From NCBI GenBank assembly GCA_964016885.1, contig OZ024742.1, positions 282,348,001 through 282,412,000 of the forward strand: a stretch of 64,000 nt of DNA, in the 5' to 3' direction. The position numbers and the translations under genes were made by a program. The DNA is from Eledone cirrhosa (lineage: Eukaryota). Shown piece after piece: positions 25,688 through 38,759 of the stretch. The stretch's first letter is position 1. Every line of letters begins with the position of its first letter. A model generated the notes under the pieces. The model was not told the DNA's origin and searched no databases. It worked only from the letters and a program-made list of their open reading frames with translations.

Positions 25688-27644
25688 CTACCTTTCTGCT
25701 TCCCGGGGTTCGGGTCGCACGACTTCCATGGGGTCGGGGGTGTTCGGTGAAGGGGTGTCTTGTGGTGGTGTGGGGTCGTCAGTGTTTGGTGGGGTTGGGG
25801 TGTTTGGAGTTGTGTTGGGGAGGGGAAGGGGAGGGGGAAAGCTTTTTAGTAGGACGCGGTTTATGGGTTTGACAGAGGGTGGTCCTACGTCCTCCTTAAA
25901 ATCCTTTTTTAGTTTTTGGTAGAGGTTCATTGGGATCTTTATTAATTTTAAATGTGGGTAGTTTTCTGAAGAAACAAAGTTTACACCTTCGGTTTGTACC
26001 GAAGGATTATTGTTTATGAGTTCATTTAATTTATTATTGTTTCTGTTGATGTAAGTATAGTGTAATGTCTTTTTTTCGGATGGTGTGAGTGTTTCGAAGA
26101 GGGGAGGGGCAGGTTTGGTTTTGTTTGTTGCTGGAGGGGTGTTTTGTGTTTTGTTGGGTTGTGTTGACATTTGGGTGGGGGTTGTTTGGCCTTGTGTGTT
26201 TTGCACATGTTTTCTTTTTTTCCTTTTAATCTGTCTGAAGAACTCCGTTTCTTCCTCCGAATTCGTTGGGTTATCTTCAGTGTTGGAGTGAAGAGGTATG
26301 TTTGCTGGTAATGTTTCCGTGTTGATTTTCTTTGTGGGGGAGATGGATGTCACTATGTTAGACTGTGTTGTGTGTTGTGGCTGCGGTGGTTGTATTGTTT
26401 TATTGAGTGAGAGGTTGGGTGGGCCTGTATTTTGTTTTGGGGTAATGTGTTGTGACTGTTTGTGTTGTGGTGGTGGTGTAGTTTTACTGAGGGACGGGTT
26501 GGGTGGGACCGAGTTTTGTTGTTTGTTTATCTGTTGTGGTGGTGGTGGTGGAGCTGGTGTTGGTAGCAGGGTTTTCTTTTTGTTGAGTTGGGGACAAGCC
26601 GCCTTCAGGTGCCCTCTGCCTGCCCAAATATGACATGACGGTCTTCTCCCCTCGACGCTAATGTTTATATACCCGTGGCCCTCTAATAGGATTCTGTCGG
26701 GTATTTGGGCGATGTGTTCAGGCTTCATTTGCACTACAAGCTCTATACCTGTTCCACTGAACGCATTGCCTGTGGTTTTCCCAATGGAAATCACGTTGTC
26801 ATTCGCTGGATCGATGAAGCCAGCTATGAGCCACATCTGGTAACATTGCATCCAGCCATATGCGTTGAGTTCTTTTACCCATATAAGATGGATAAAAGGT
26901 AAAATTTTTCGAACGAATCGGTGACAAAGCACATTTTTTTGCCGCCGATTCGTTCTTCATAATAATCGCTAGGCTTCCATACAGTCTGTCTTTTCTTATG
27001 AAAGTGGTTTCATTAAGTACTTCTGTGAGTACTGTTTTGATATCTGTTTGAGTTGGCTGTTCAGGTTTTTTTAAAGTGTTGTTGATGGTGCGGAACACGA
27101 CCGCTCGACTTTCAATGTCTTTGGTGAGTTCTTGAGGCATTTTTACCGATAAAATACCATTCTCTCCTTCACTTATGTATTGTTTGGCGTCTGTGATTCT
27201 TTGTGCCACATCTGAAATATTTTCAGGTATATATGTCAAAGATTTCTTTGTTGTTTGTGCAAATGAAATCTTGTTGGTGTTGACTTTGTCGTCTGCTTCG
27301 CTTTCTGTTATGATGTTGTTTTCAAATGTTATTTTTGTGTTTGTTGTGTCTTTGCTTGTGGTATTAATATTGTCTTGCAATTTTTCAAATTTTTTTTTTT
27401 CGTTGTTGGAATCCATATCCAGATTTGTGTTTTCGTCATTTTTCTCCGCAGATTCGTCTGTTTTTATTTTAATTTTTCCTTCCTTCTCTATGACGTTAGT
27501 TGGGAAGGAAGGGGGGACTAAAGCGTGCGAGCTTACAACTCTTACCGCTGTCCCCTCACCACTATTTTCGTTAGCTTCGTTTAACATTTCTGTCAGACGA
27601 TTGAAATTTTTTTGCCACAAAATTTTTAAAAACAGGTTTTTCAC
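25688..27644 (-). pseudogene. frameshifted ORF1 (gag-like) of Tx1 copy C
   Basis: Degenerate CCHC knuckle VEGRRPSCHIWAGRGHLKAACP and a Pro/Thr-rich tail. Homologous to 37408-38733. Confidence 0.75.
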
Positions 27645-27820
27645 CCCTAGGAGGGGTAAAGATGAGCTGACCCACCGCCTGACAGTTCAGACGGGGGGTC
27701 AAGCTACACAATAGTATCAAAATTAAATTTGAACTTACAAAATTTCCGCAATAAATTTGAACAAAACTTCTGCGCGTAGTGAATTACATCTACACTGTAG
27801 AACAGACGACAGCTAGATTA

Positions 27821-27855
<35 letters not shown>

Positions 27856-27856
27856 T

Positions 27857-27959
<103 letters not shown>

Positions 27960-28289
27960 TGTTTCTTTTATTTGCCACCAGGGCATCAAAAGTGGGACAA
28001 GTACAATGGGGGGAGTTTACAAAACAAGGCGTCCTCAATAAGGAGGAGGCAATAACAATATATAAAAATAAAATAAAATATAACAAAAAATAAAATTTAT
28101 AACAAAGTCCTCAATAGAGAGGAAGCGCCTTGGGGGGTCGCACACACCCCCGAAAAAAGTGTGCAACCCTTCTCCTCAGGAGCACAGAGAAGGGGTGCTC
28201 CCTTGGTCTTTCATCTTCCTCACCTATAGTCTGATGTAGAGTGAAGGCCCATTCACACGGGCCATTCTCGCCACTTTCACCCATCTTTC

Positions 28290-28290
<1 letters not shown>
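27960..28290 (-). mobile_element. Tx1-like LINE copy D, 330-bp 3' end
   Basis: Nearly identical to 18891-19222. (GATA)n on both sides. Confidence 0.9.
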
Positions 28291-28388
<98 letters not shown>

Positions 28389-28495
28389 CCAACTAGCAAC
28401 GACAGAAGAAGAAGAAGAAGAAGAAGAAGAAGAAGAAGAAGAAGAAGAAGAAGAAGAAGAAGAAGAAGAAGAAGAAGAAGAAGAAGAAGAAGAAG

Positions 28496-28525
<30 letters not shown>
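28291..28525. repeat. (GATA)n and (GAA)n microsatellites
   Basis: Seen directly. Confidence 0.95.
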
Positions 28526-28526
<1 letters not shown>

Positions 28527-28859
28527 TTTATGATATAAAACCGACCACTTTAAACATTCATATTCAAATTAAAACTGCTCTTTAAATTTGATCTCAGAAT
28601 ATCTTGTTACTTTATATTGCAAACACTGGCTTACTGACAATAAATTTAGTTAGTAAATCCCTTTACGTAAAGGAAAGGAGCCGATCGTCAGATGCAACCA
28701 AAGAAACACTATTTACATTGGTCATTATATTGTTAATACTATCTGACGGTCAAAACTCCTGGCAGACGAACAGAGCCGGATCAGATACAGCATAGCTTCC
28801 TGTCTGACTCGATCTATCCTGCCTATAAATCGCACCTTTTGTTGGTGCATTATTTATCG

Positions 28860-29022
28860 ACCCGTACAGAATAGAGAAGGCTTTTCCCCGGAGGATGTTG
28901 AGGGAGACGCGCTGGAAGATCCATTCCAGCTCCCGAAGCTCACACCTGCGGGTAGCCAACTCTGTGCCGATGGTGGTGAGTAGGGAGGTTGCCCAAGGGC
29001 CAAGGCCACCAGAAGTCTCCAC
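28860..29022 (-). mobile_element. CRE-clade-like non-LTR retrotransposon 3' coding fragment (REL C-terminus)
   Basis: ETSGGLGPWA..LL..IG.EL......E.EWIFQRVSLNILRGKAFSIL resembles the CRE-type ET.G..G/QRxSxAxQRGNA motif. Confidence 0.65.
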
Positions 29023-30120
29023 ATCCGACGCATTTAATCCGATGCCTTAACAACGATTCCCATCCAAACTTATTTTTGGATGTTTTTCGAAATTAATTGA
29101 AAAACAGGCAGTATGTCTCATCAGAAAATATTGAAACAGTAATGAAAAGGGTTAAAAACCGTTCGAAAGAAATACAAGTAAAAGAAGGTATATGGGGAAG
29201 GCGGGGGGTAAAACCCAAAAACAATATACTAAGAAAAGTAATCAAACAACGAAACCGACATCCAAGCCTCAAAGTTCCCAGTAGAGACTGTTTGTAATTG
29301 AGAAAAGACACAAACAACGGTCAGGAAGGAACTCGTTAGAAATGGCAGCTGTGAGCAAATAATTCAGAATGAAGTGGGTGGGTTAGTGTAAGACGACGGT
29401 GGTTAGTGGGAGACAAGAATGGGTTAGTTAAAGATGAGGGTGGCTGGTGAGAAATAGTTTTTGATGGGTGTAGAGGAGAGGTGGATTGGGTTGGTTGGAG
29501 ATAAGTGTGGTTGGTGAGAGATGGGGGTGGTAGGTGGAATACGGGGGTGAGTTGTGTGGGTGGGTGGGGTGGGGGAGGAAGGTGGATGGTGGCAAAAACG
29601 AGGTGGGTTGGTGGTAAATAGATGTGACGGGTGAAAAGAGTAAAGGGGTTAGTTAAGATGATGGAGTTAGACGCTAGAGAAGCTGTTAATCCATGATTCT
29701 CTGAAGGATGAAGAATCTTTGGAAAATAGTAATGGCTTCTTCAGACACTGAGGTGATAGACATATTAGCAGAGATTCCTTGAGAGGGCGGTGTATGGGAA
29801 TGTATATGTATAACTATATATATATATATGTGTCTGTGTGTATCTCAGTGTCTGTTGTGTATGTATGCGTTTGTATGTATGTATCTAAGTGTATATGTAT
29901 ATGTGCATGTATGTCTATGTCTATGTATGAATATGTGTGGGGGAGAGACTGTGTGTGTGTATTGTGTGTGCGTTATATGTTTTGTATGTAAACATGTTTA
30001 AATACCAAAGTTCACATATACGCTCTAAGTAATTTAAAACACACTCACACGCACATGTGTCAGTATGTGTGGGCGTATGTCTGCATGTATGTATGTATGT
30101 TCAGCCATGTGTATATATAC

Positions 30121-30182
<62 letters not shown>

Positions 30183-30188
30183 GCATAC

Positions 30189-30228
<40 letters not shown>

Positions 30229-30835
30229 ACGTACATATTTAGGCATTTCAGTGAACAAACAAGAGAGTTACCCCTCCCACCGCATCCCCATCAACAATCA
30301 ATCATTCATCTTTCGATATCACCCCCCACCCACCCCCGCTTCATTCCAGTCTCACAACTCGTGACGTCAACACTACAAGAACAAATAATTCCACCACTAA
30401 ATACACACGGTAATCATCGCATGCAACCACCTACGTCCCACCCAATACAAATTGAACACTTAAATACACACACACATAATTACAGACATATATACATACA
30501 CTCATACATACACACACATACATACATGCATACATGAATACATATATATATACACACACACATACATAGTATATATATATATATATATTGAGTATATGTT
30601 GGTTGTTTACCGACACCTCAGTATGCAGATTGGAGCACTCGACGAGGTGCGCAGGTTGGTTTGGTTACTCCGGAGTAATGTATTGACGGAGTTAAACACC
30701 TCAATAATATGTGTACCTGTCTCTATCACACAAATTCGGACTGCCTGAAAAGGCCACAGCCAAGATGGCTGTCACCGATATATATATAGCAGTAATAAAC
30801 GAAGCCAAATTTTTAAATATTTGACTTATTTATTT

Positions 30836-30886
<51 letters not shown>

Positions 30887-30890
<4 letters not shown>

Positions 30891-31326
30891 GGGTAAAATT
30901 CCCGAGATCCATGGACGAGTTCTCTCCAGCGGTCTCTGTCTCTCATTATCGCTGCCATATCCTGCGTCTCCAACAGACCAGTGTCTGTCCTTAGGGCATC
31001 AACATACGTTAACCTTGGTCTTCCTCTTCTAGTGTGTCCATGTAGGGGCTCCCACAGGAGCACTGAGTGCAATGTCAACTCTGGATGTCGGTGAGACCTG
31101 AAATCCGCCTCTTCATTGCTGTAGTGGAGTCTGTGCTGCTGTATGGGTCTGAGACTTGGACACTGACCAAGAAACTCACTCAGATGGTGGATGGGTGCTA
31201 CACGAGAATGCTGAGGATGGCTCTGAACATTAATCAGTATACACTGAGGATGAAAAACTCAGAGCTGTATGGGAGCATCCCAAAAGTCAGCTCAAAAGTG
31301 ACACAGAGGAGACTGAGGTTAGCTGG

Positions 31327-31328
<2 letters not shown>
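30887..31328 (-). mobile_element. RTE-clade LINE 3' fragment with 5' inversion
   Basis: Minus strand 30887-31066 encodes VLLWEP..RRGRPRLTY..DRDRW. Plus strand ~31090-31328 encodes the upstream SVLLYGSETW...RRLRLAGH. Confidence 0.85.
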
Positions 31329-31357
<29 letters not shown>

Positions 31358-31363
31358 CAAATA

Positions 31364-31525
31364 ATGGTTTCTTATGTAGACACAAGGCCAGCAATTTGGG
31401 GGAAGGGGACAGTCAAATAAATCGACTCCAGTGCGTGACTGGTACTTTATTTTATCGACCTCATAAGGATGAAAGGCAAAGTTGACCTCGGTGGGATTTA
31501 AACTCAGATCATAAAGGGCCGTAAC
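31364..31525 (-). mobile_element. tRNA-derived SINE (MetaSINE-like core)
   Basis: Reverse complement of gagtttaaatccc..gaggtcaactttgcctttcatcc...gtcgataaaataaagtaccag. Confidence 0.85.
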
Positions 31526-31647
31526 TGATCTGAGTTCAAATAATGAATCAAAACATAGCAAATATGTTTAGAATTTTGTGTTTCTCAATAAGCAAGCTCA
31601 ATAGAGTTTATCTAGAGCCATAATAACCAAATAAAGATATTTATTGA

Positions 31648-31860
31648 TATACACAGAGAGAGAAATAGCCACGGAATATTGTATGTATACACACCAAATA
31701 CATATTCAATAGAAGAATATGTACACAGGAGGAATCATAAGTGAAACCTTATAGCGTTACTTCCACCTCTGTACATATTCTTCTATAGAATATGTATTTG
31801 GTATATATACAATATACTGTCTTTCTTGTGTGATATATGGCTCTTTCTCTCTCTGTATAT
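31648..31860. repeat. imperfect palindrome centred near 31745
   Basis: accaaatacatattc..agaagaatatgtaca pairs with tgtacatattcttct..gaatatgtatttggt. Confidence 0.8.
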
Positions 31861-32026
31861 AATTATATATATTTTCATTTGGTAATATATATATAAAAAC
31901 GTATGTGATATACAAATCTGACTGATCAGCCAGTCTGCTAATATGCAAATCAGGTCGATCAGTCACTGTATATTTTAGAAAATATCATATATTTTCACTA
32001 GCTCAGATAGTTGGAAGGTGAACAGT

Positions 32027-32076
32027 GAACTGTAATGATGAACGGTGATACCCAGAAACATTAGTGTCTGCAGTTC
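32027..32076 (+). ncRNA. type I hammerhead motif with a C3>A core change
   Basis: gaactgta-ATGATGA-acggtgataccca-GAAA-cattagtg-TC-tgcagttc. Helix I is 8 bp. Confidence 0.6.
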
Positions 32077-32203
32077 TGTTTACATGCCAACACAAGAGCA
32101 AGAATGAGGGCGCTCATTCTACTGACATGGCTTTAAAAATGAGGTTTGTTTGTATAATTGCAAACGAATCGAATATGATTATTCATATTCGAAAAACTCA
32201 GAT

Positions 32204-32307
<104 letters not shown>

Positions 32308-32381
32308 AACCCGTAGAGCAAATATTTATTATAAGAACAGATTAAAGTTTAGCAACGAATCGCTGCTTATATATATATATA

Positions 32382-32414
<33 letters not shown>

Positions 32415-32517
32415 TTATACTTATATATGCGCGAAATATAATTATAAATATGGAGGGTAGTACTAAGCACTAGTCAATTACCAGTAAGCAATTAATTGTA
32501 TTAAACTGAAATTTGAT

Positions 32518-32578
<61 letters not shown>

Positions 32579-33000
32579 ACGAATGCATGAACTCTGAGTA
32601 ATGGACTTGTATTTCTAACGTATAACCGTTATATCACTGAATAAGTAAGAGACAGCCGGTGAATAAGTAAGAGACAGCCGGAACTGCACCAGTTCTCTGT
32701 GACTAGCTATGTAAACTATTTGTGCTGCAACTGTCAAAACAATTGTTCCAACTGGAACAATTATTCACAGTAGTTAGATAATATCAACAGACATTTCGTT
32801 TGAAGTGCAATTCATAAGGTGCCTGTGTTTCTTTTATTGGCAATATTGACAATATGACCATGCCTAAATATATACCGAACCTGTGCTTTGGACTGAGTGT
32901 TCTAGCAACTTCGGATAAAACCTCACCTAAGAAACATTTATAACCGGGTTGAGCAGGAAATCTCGTATGTAACACTTCCACTTTGTTCTTCTTCTTCTTC

Positions 33001-33044
<44 letters not shown>

Positions 33045-33130
33045 GTTATTGTTATTCCTTGAATCTCAGTCATTGATGTTGGTTAACTGGAAAGTCCGTT
33101 GGATTGAATATCAAGCCACTACCTGCAGCC

Positions 33131-33937
33131 TCAGATATTCAGGACGTATCGGAGGGTTCTTGCTGTTCCAAGCAAGCATGCCTTTTGAAGCGTTCCAAAA
33201 AGCGTGAAGGGGCCGATTTTCTTTAACCATCCCTGGAAACCTTTGGAGATAGTCCCCAGTGCGCCTATGACAATCGGGATCACTTTGACTTCATGGCAGT
33301 TCCAAATTCTTTTCACCTCCCACTTTAGGTCCTGGTATCGGTTAATTTTCTCCCTCTCCTTCTCTTGCACTCTCGTGTCGAACGGGCAGGCCACATCCAC
33401 AATCAGACACGATCTTTTTTCTTTGTCCACAACCACCAGGTCAGGTCTATTGTGTTCCAGTTTTTTGTCCGTCTGTATCCTAAAATCCCACAGCACCTTC
33501 ACCTGATTGTTCTCCATCACCGCCTCTGGCCTATGCTCATACCATTTCTCAGAATGTGGTAATTTGTTTACTTTGCACAGGTGCCAGTGGATCACCCTGC
33601 CCATCACATCGTGTCTCCAGCCCTTATAGTGGGTCTGGGCTAGGTGTTTACACTCGGACACAATGTGAGCCACAGTCTCCTCTCTCTCTCCACAGATCCT
33701 GCACAGTGGGCTAGCCTCCTCCTTGTAGATATGGTGCTTCAACCACTTCGTTTTGAGGGCCTGCTCCTGCGCAGCCATTAGCATTCCTTCTGTAGCCTTT
33801 TTGAGGTCTCTTTTTCTCAACCAGTTCCATGTCTGTGGATCTCTAAATTCAGTTTTCTCAAAGAAGGTACTATGAAGGGATTTTCCCTTAAGGCTGCTCT
33901 TCCTCCTTGATGTTATTTCCTCCTTGGACATCCCCAC
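33131..33937 (-). CDS. R4/Dong-like C-terminal ORF fragment (CCHC + REL endonuclease)
   Basis: CRICGEREETVAHIVSEC, RHD, RPDLV, DVACPFD and KINRYQDL motifs. Confidence 0.88.
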   Translation of the reverse strand: MGMSKEEITSRRKSSLKGKSLHSTFFEKTEFRDPQTWNWLRKRDLKKATEGMLMAAQEQALKTKWLKHHIYKEEASPLCRICGEREETVAHIVSECKHLAQTHYKGWRHDVMGRVIHWHLCKVNKLPHSEKWYEHRPEAVMENNQVKVLWDFRIQTDKKLEHNRPDLVVVDKEKRSCLIVDVACPFDTRVQEKEREKINRYQDLKWEVKRIWNCHEVKVIPIVIGALGTISKGFQGWLKKIGPFTLFGTLQKACLLGTARTLRYVLNI

Positions 33938-33979
<42 letters not shown>

Positions 33980-34343
33980 TCCTTTTAAATCTCAGTCATT
34001 GATGTTGGTTAAATGGAAAGTCCGTTGGAATGAATATCAAGCCACTCAGATATTCAGGACGTATCGGAGGGTTCTTGCTGTTCCCAGCAAGCATGCCTTT
34101 TGAAGCGTTCCAAAAAGCGTGAAGGGGACGATTTTCTTTAACCATCCCTGGAAACTTTTGGAGACAGTCCCCAGTGCGCCTATGACAATCGGGATCACTT
34201 TGACTTCATGGCAGTTCCAAATCTTTTTTACCTCCCACTTTAAGTCCTGGTATCGGTTAATTATTATTATTATTATTATTGTTGTTTTTATTCCTTGAAT
34301 CTCAGTCATTGATGTTGGTTAACTGGAAAGTCCGTTGGAATGA

Positions 34344-34382
<39 letters not shown>

Positions 34383-34465
34383 GTTGTTATTCCTTGAATC
34401 TCAGTCATTGATGTTGGTTAACTGGAAAGTCCGTTGGATTGAATATCAAGCCACTACCTGCAGCC

Positions 34466-35686
34466 TCAGATATTCAGGACGTATCGGAGGGTTCTTGCTG
34501 TTCCAAGCAAGCATGCCTTTTGAAGCGTTCCAAAAAGCGTGAAGGGGCCGATTTTCTTTAACCATCCCTGGAAACTTTTGGAGATAGTCCCCAGTGCGCC
34601 TATGACAATCGGGATCACTTTGACTTCATGGCAGTTCCAAATCCTTTTCACCTCCCACTTTAGGTCCTGGTATCGGTTAATTTTCTCCCTCTCCTTCTCT
34701 TGCACTCTCGTGTCGAACGGGCAGGCCACATCCACAATCAGACACGATCTTTTTTCTTTGTCCACAACCACCAGGTCAGGTCTATTGTGTTCCAGTTTTT
34801 TGTCCGTCTGTATCCTAAAATCCCACAGCACCTTCACCTGATTGTTCTCCATCACCGCCTCTGGCCTATGCTCATACCATTTCTCAGAATGTGGTAAATT
34901 GTTTACTTTGCACAGGTGCCAGTGGATCACCCTGCCCATCACATCGTGTCTCCAGCCCTTATAGTGGGTCTGGGCTAGGTGTTTACACTCGGACACAATG
35001 TGAGCCACAGTCTCCTCTCTCTCTCCACAGATCCTGCACAGTGGGCTAGCCTCCTCCTTGTAGATATGGTGCTTCAACCACTTCGTTTTGAGGGCCTGCT
35101 CCTGCGCAGCCATTAGCATTCCTTCTGTAGCCTTTTTGAGGTCTCCTCTTCTCAACCAGTTCCATGTCTGTGGATCTCTAAATTCAGTTTTCTCAAAGAA
35201 GGTACTATGAAGGGATTTTCCCTTAAGGCTGCTCTTCCTCCTTGATGTTATTTCCTCCTTGGACATCCCCTGGCCTACTGTCCCCTCCTTCAGTACAGTT
35301 CTGAGCATTGGCTCCTTACTATAGGTCACGTATTTGTATAGGTTGTTTTTCTCCATCTGAACACAGTCCTCTATGCTGATAAGACCTCTTCCACCCTCAG
35401 ATCTCCTTAGGTAGAGTCTATCGACATCACTCCTCTTGTGGAACATGTTGTAGATAGTCAATAGCTTCCTAGTCTTCCTATCCATTTCTTTTTGTTCAGC
35501 AACATTCCATCTCAGAATTCCCGCACTGTACCTAATAATAGACACAGCTCGGGAATTTACTGCGCTTATGGCATTTCTGCTGTTCAGATGTGACTTCAAT
35601 ACGCTCCTTACTCTCCGAATGTATTCAGTTCTTAACAATTCCTTCATTTTTTTGTTCTTTATGCCATCAGCCTCCAGAACGCCCAA
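34466..35686 (-). CDS. R4/Dong-like ORF fragment (RT thumb + CCHC + REL endonuclease)
   Basis: GVLEAD, RLYLRRSEGGRGL, AAQEQAL, CCHC finger and PD..D..K REL motifs. No stops across 406 aa. Confidence 0.9.
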   Translation of the reverse strand: MGVLEADGIKNKKMKELLRTEYIRRVRSVLKSHLNSRNAISAVNSRAVSIIRYSAGILRWNVAEQKEMDRKTRKLLTIYNMFHKRSDVDRLYLRRSEGGRGLISIEDCVQMEKNNLYKYVTYSKEPMLRTVLKEGTVGQGMSKEEITSRRKSSLKGKSLHSTFFEKTEFRDPQTWNWLRRGDLKKATEGMLMAAQEQALKTKWLKHHIYKEEASPLCRICGEREETVAHIVSECKHLAQTHYKGWRHDVMGRVIHWHLCKVNNLPHSEKWYEHRPEAVMENNQVKVLWDFRIQTDKKLEHNRPDLVVVDKEKRSCLIVDVACPFDTRVQEKEREKINRYQDLKWEVKRIWNCHEVKVIPIVIGALGTISKSFQGWLKKIGPFTLFGTLQKACLLGTARTLRYVLNI

Positions 35687-36033
35687 ATACTTATTATTAT
35701 TATTATTGTTATTGTTATTCCTTGAATCTCAGTCATTGATGTTGGTTAACTGGAAAGTCCGTTGGATTGAATATCAAGCCACTACCTGCAGCTTCAGATA
35801 TTCAGGACGTATCGGAGGGTTCTTGCCGTTCCAAGCAAGCATGCCTTTTGAAGCGTTCCAAAAAGCGTGAAGGGGCCGATTTTCTTTAACCATCCCTGGA
35901 AACCTTTGGAGATAGTCCCCAGTGCGCCTATGACAATCGGGATCACTTTGACTTCATGGCAGTTCCAAATCCTTTTCACCTCCCACTTTAGGTCCTGGTA
36001 TCGGTTAATTTTCTCCCTCTCCTTCTCTTGCAC

Positions 36034-36134
<101 letters not shown>

Positions 36135-36468
36135 TGAGTCTCAGTCATTGATGTTATTTAACTGGAAAGTTTGTTGAAATGAATATCAAGCCACTACCTG
36201 CAGCCTCAGATATTCAGGACGTATCGGAGAGTTCTAGTGCGCCTATGACAATCGGGACCACTTTGACTTCATGGCAGTTCCAAATCCTTTTTACCTCCCA
36301 CTTTAAGTCCTGGTATCGGTCAATTTTCTCCCTCTCCTTCTCTTGCACTCTCGTGTCGTCGAATGGGCAGGCCACATCCACAATCAGGCACGATCTTTGT
36401 CCTTGTCCAAAACCACCAGGTCAGGTCTATTGTGTTTCAGTTTCTTCTTCTTCTTCTTCTTCTTCTTC

Positions 36469-36559
<91 letters not shown>

Positions 36560-37407
36560 TGGCGACCTACGTAGGAAATCGTATCATCGTGAGCTCCGCA
36601 AAGGTTTGTTGTTTTCAGTTGTTTAAAATTGCCATTCATTGAAAATCTTTATTGTTAACTGTTTATAAGTGCACATATATTGCTTTCTGAAAAGGACACT
36701 CAAAAAGATTGGGGCCTTGAGCCCAAAATTTAAACTTTTATAATTATCAAACAAAAAATTTCTTTGAAAAAATCATGGACGACTCACAGTTACACCAAGC
36801 AGCTGAGAGCCTTCTTCACAAACTAACACCTCACACCAACACCACCATTGTAAATATGACTACGTTTGCCAACATTAAAAATATAAGCAGTAGCAATAAT
36901 TTAAATTTGTCTCATGCAGACATTCATTTCACGCCATTACCAATGACTTCAGGTGTTGAAGCCACCACCCCTACCACACCACAGCGACAACAGAAACAAA
37001 ATAAAAAATAAAATATCTCGTGACATCGAAATGGATTCACCCAGAATGGACTCTTCCACACCGAACACCACTGACGCCACCACCACCACAACTGAAACTA
37101 AAAATAACAATAACAAAATAACGATAACAACAACAGCAACAACAGCAATGAGAATAAGAAAACCACCCTGTCTTTTGCTAGAGCAGCAAAAAAGTGCGAA
37201 GCAATCCAGGTAACTCGGGAGGAATTAGATGAAGCCAAGAGAATGGTAAAGAAAGATGGGTACAGGGTGAGCGTCACCCCCCCCCCACACACACACTTAA
37301 TAAAATGGAGCATCGGCGCCTATGCACCGTGTCTTATCGGACGATTAACATAAAATCGCGCCGAGTGGAACGGGCATCCGAGTCCCAAATCCAAAAAGCT
37401 TTGGGAT

Positions 37408-38733
37408 ATGTGTGGGCAAAAAACCCACATCAGACGTGGGCAGAAATATGGAACCGTGGACGTGTTCTTTGGAATACCACAGGAGGCCAGAGAACACTCC
37501 ATTGCCCCATTAAGAAGTGACGACTTCACACTCGTCCCAAGCTATTGTGGCCAGATACTCGTGAAGATCAGGGTGACCCACGTTCCACCGGCCATCGAAA
37601 TTCCCTGGCTAATGGCTGCCGTCCTCGCCGGCATCGAGGCCAACACCAAGATAATCGAAATAGCGAAAGAAAAGCAGGAGAACTGGTCCGGATCTGGGAT
37701 GGAGCTCCTCATCCAAGCGGACCAAAAAAGCATTGAGGAGATCCCAGAGGTAATAGACCTCACTGACGGCTGCCACCTCACCGTAATCGTCGAGGGCAGA
37801 AGGCCTAGGTGTGTCGTTTGTGGTGAAGGAACCCACCTAAGAGCTTTCTGCCCTCAGGCTAAAAGGTTGAGACCACCTCTCTTACCCACCCCAGTAACTC
37901 AACCATCAACACAACCAGCAGCAGAAATGGCAGCAACAACTGTAGCAGCAACAACAGAAGCAACTGTAACAGCAACAACCACAGCAACAGTAACAAAACC
38001 AACACCACCACCACCCAACGCGCCAGAACTAGCAGCAGTGCCTACACCATCCACCACCCACAACCTAAACCAACGCCTGTGGAGGATTTTCCACTCCCCG
38101 ACGTATCGCAACTGGAAACAGATTGTGACGACGAGGAGTGGGAAACGGTATCAGGAAAAAAGAAAAAAAGAAAAAGAAGCCAAAAAAGGGAAAATCCTCT
38201 TCCTTCCCCCCTCCAAAAACAAAATACAGAGGGAAACAAATAAACTATCAAACAAAATAGTTAGGACAGCTATGCCACCATTCACACCAGCATCACCAAC
38301 CCCATCACCACAAACAGCAACACCATCATTAACCCCAACACCACCATCACAAACACCACAAAAGCCACCAAAAAGCGAAACAGAAACAAACCCACAACAA
38401 ACGCAAACAAAACAAAACAACCAAAACGATACACACTACACAGCATTAAATTTGAACAACAACCAATTATTACACTACGTCCAACACAACACCAGCATCA
38501 CAGAAAAAGACTACACAACACCCCAAAAGTTCACACCACATCCACACATACAAATCACTTGCATCACAGAGAAAACGTACACGACACTAAAACGAAATTC
38601 CCCAAAGACATCGGAGACTTCCGACAAGCACTCTCCAGGAGGACTTAGGATTTATAAGGACATCCTTCCGGAGGAGGCCACAAGCAGTGAAAATTATGGA
38701 GAAACCATCCTTCCTCTACGAGAAGTAAGGTAA
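37408..38733 (+). pseudogene. ORF1 (gag-like zinc knuckle) fragment of Tx1 copy E
   Basis: VEGRRPRCVVCGEGTHLRAFCP motif, upstream of the APE start. Confidence 0.78.
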
Positions 38734-38759
38734 GTGGTCTTTCCCATCTTTTCCACTCC

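Larger units (their letters stand above)
23075..27813 (-). mobile_element. Tx1-like LINE copy C, near full length with an internal deletion of the RT core
   Basis: ORF1 fragments at 25688-27644, APE at 25115-25654 (GCLNARGL, ICET) and RT at 23694-24689. The sequence jumps from ITRS to QGSLKK-CPRC at ~23722. Confidence 0.9.
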
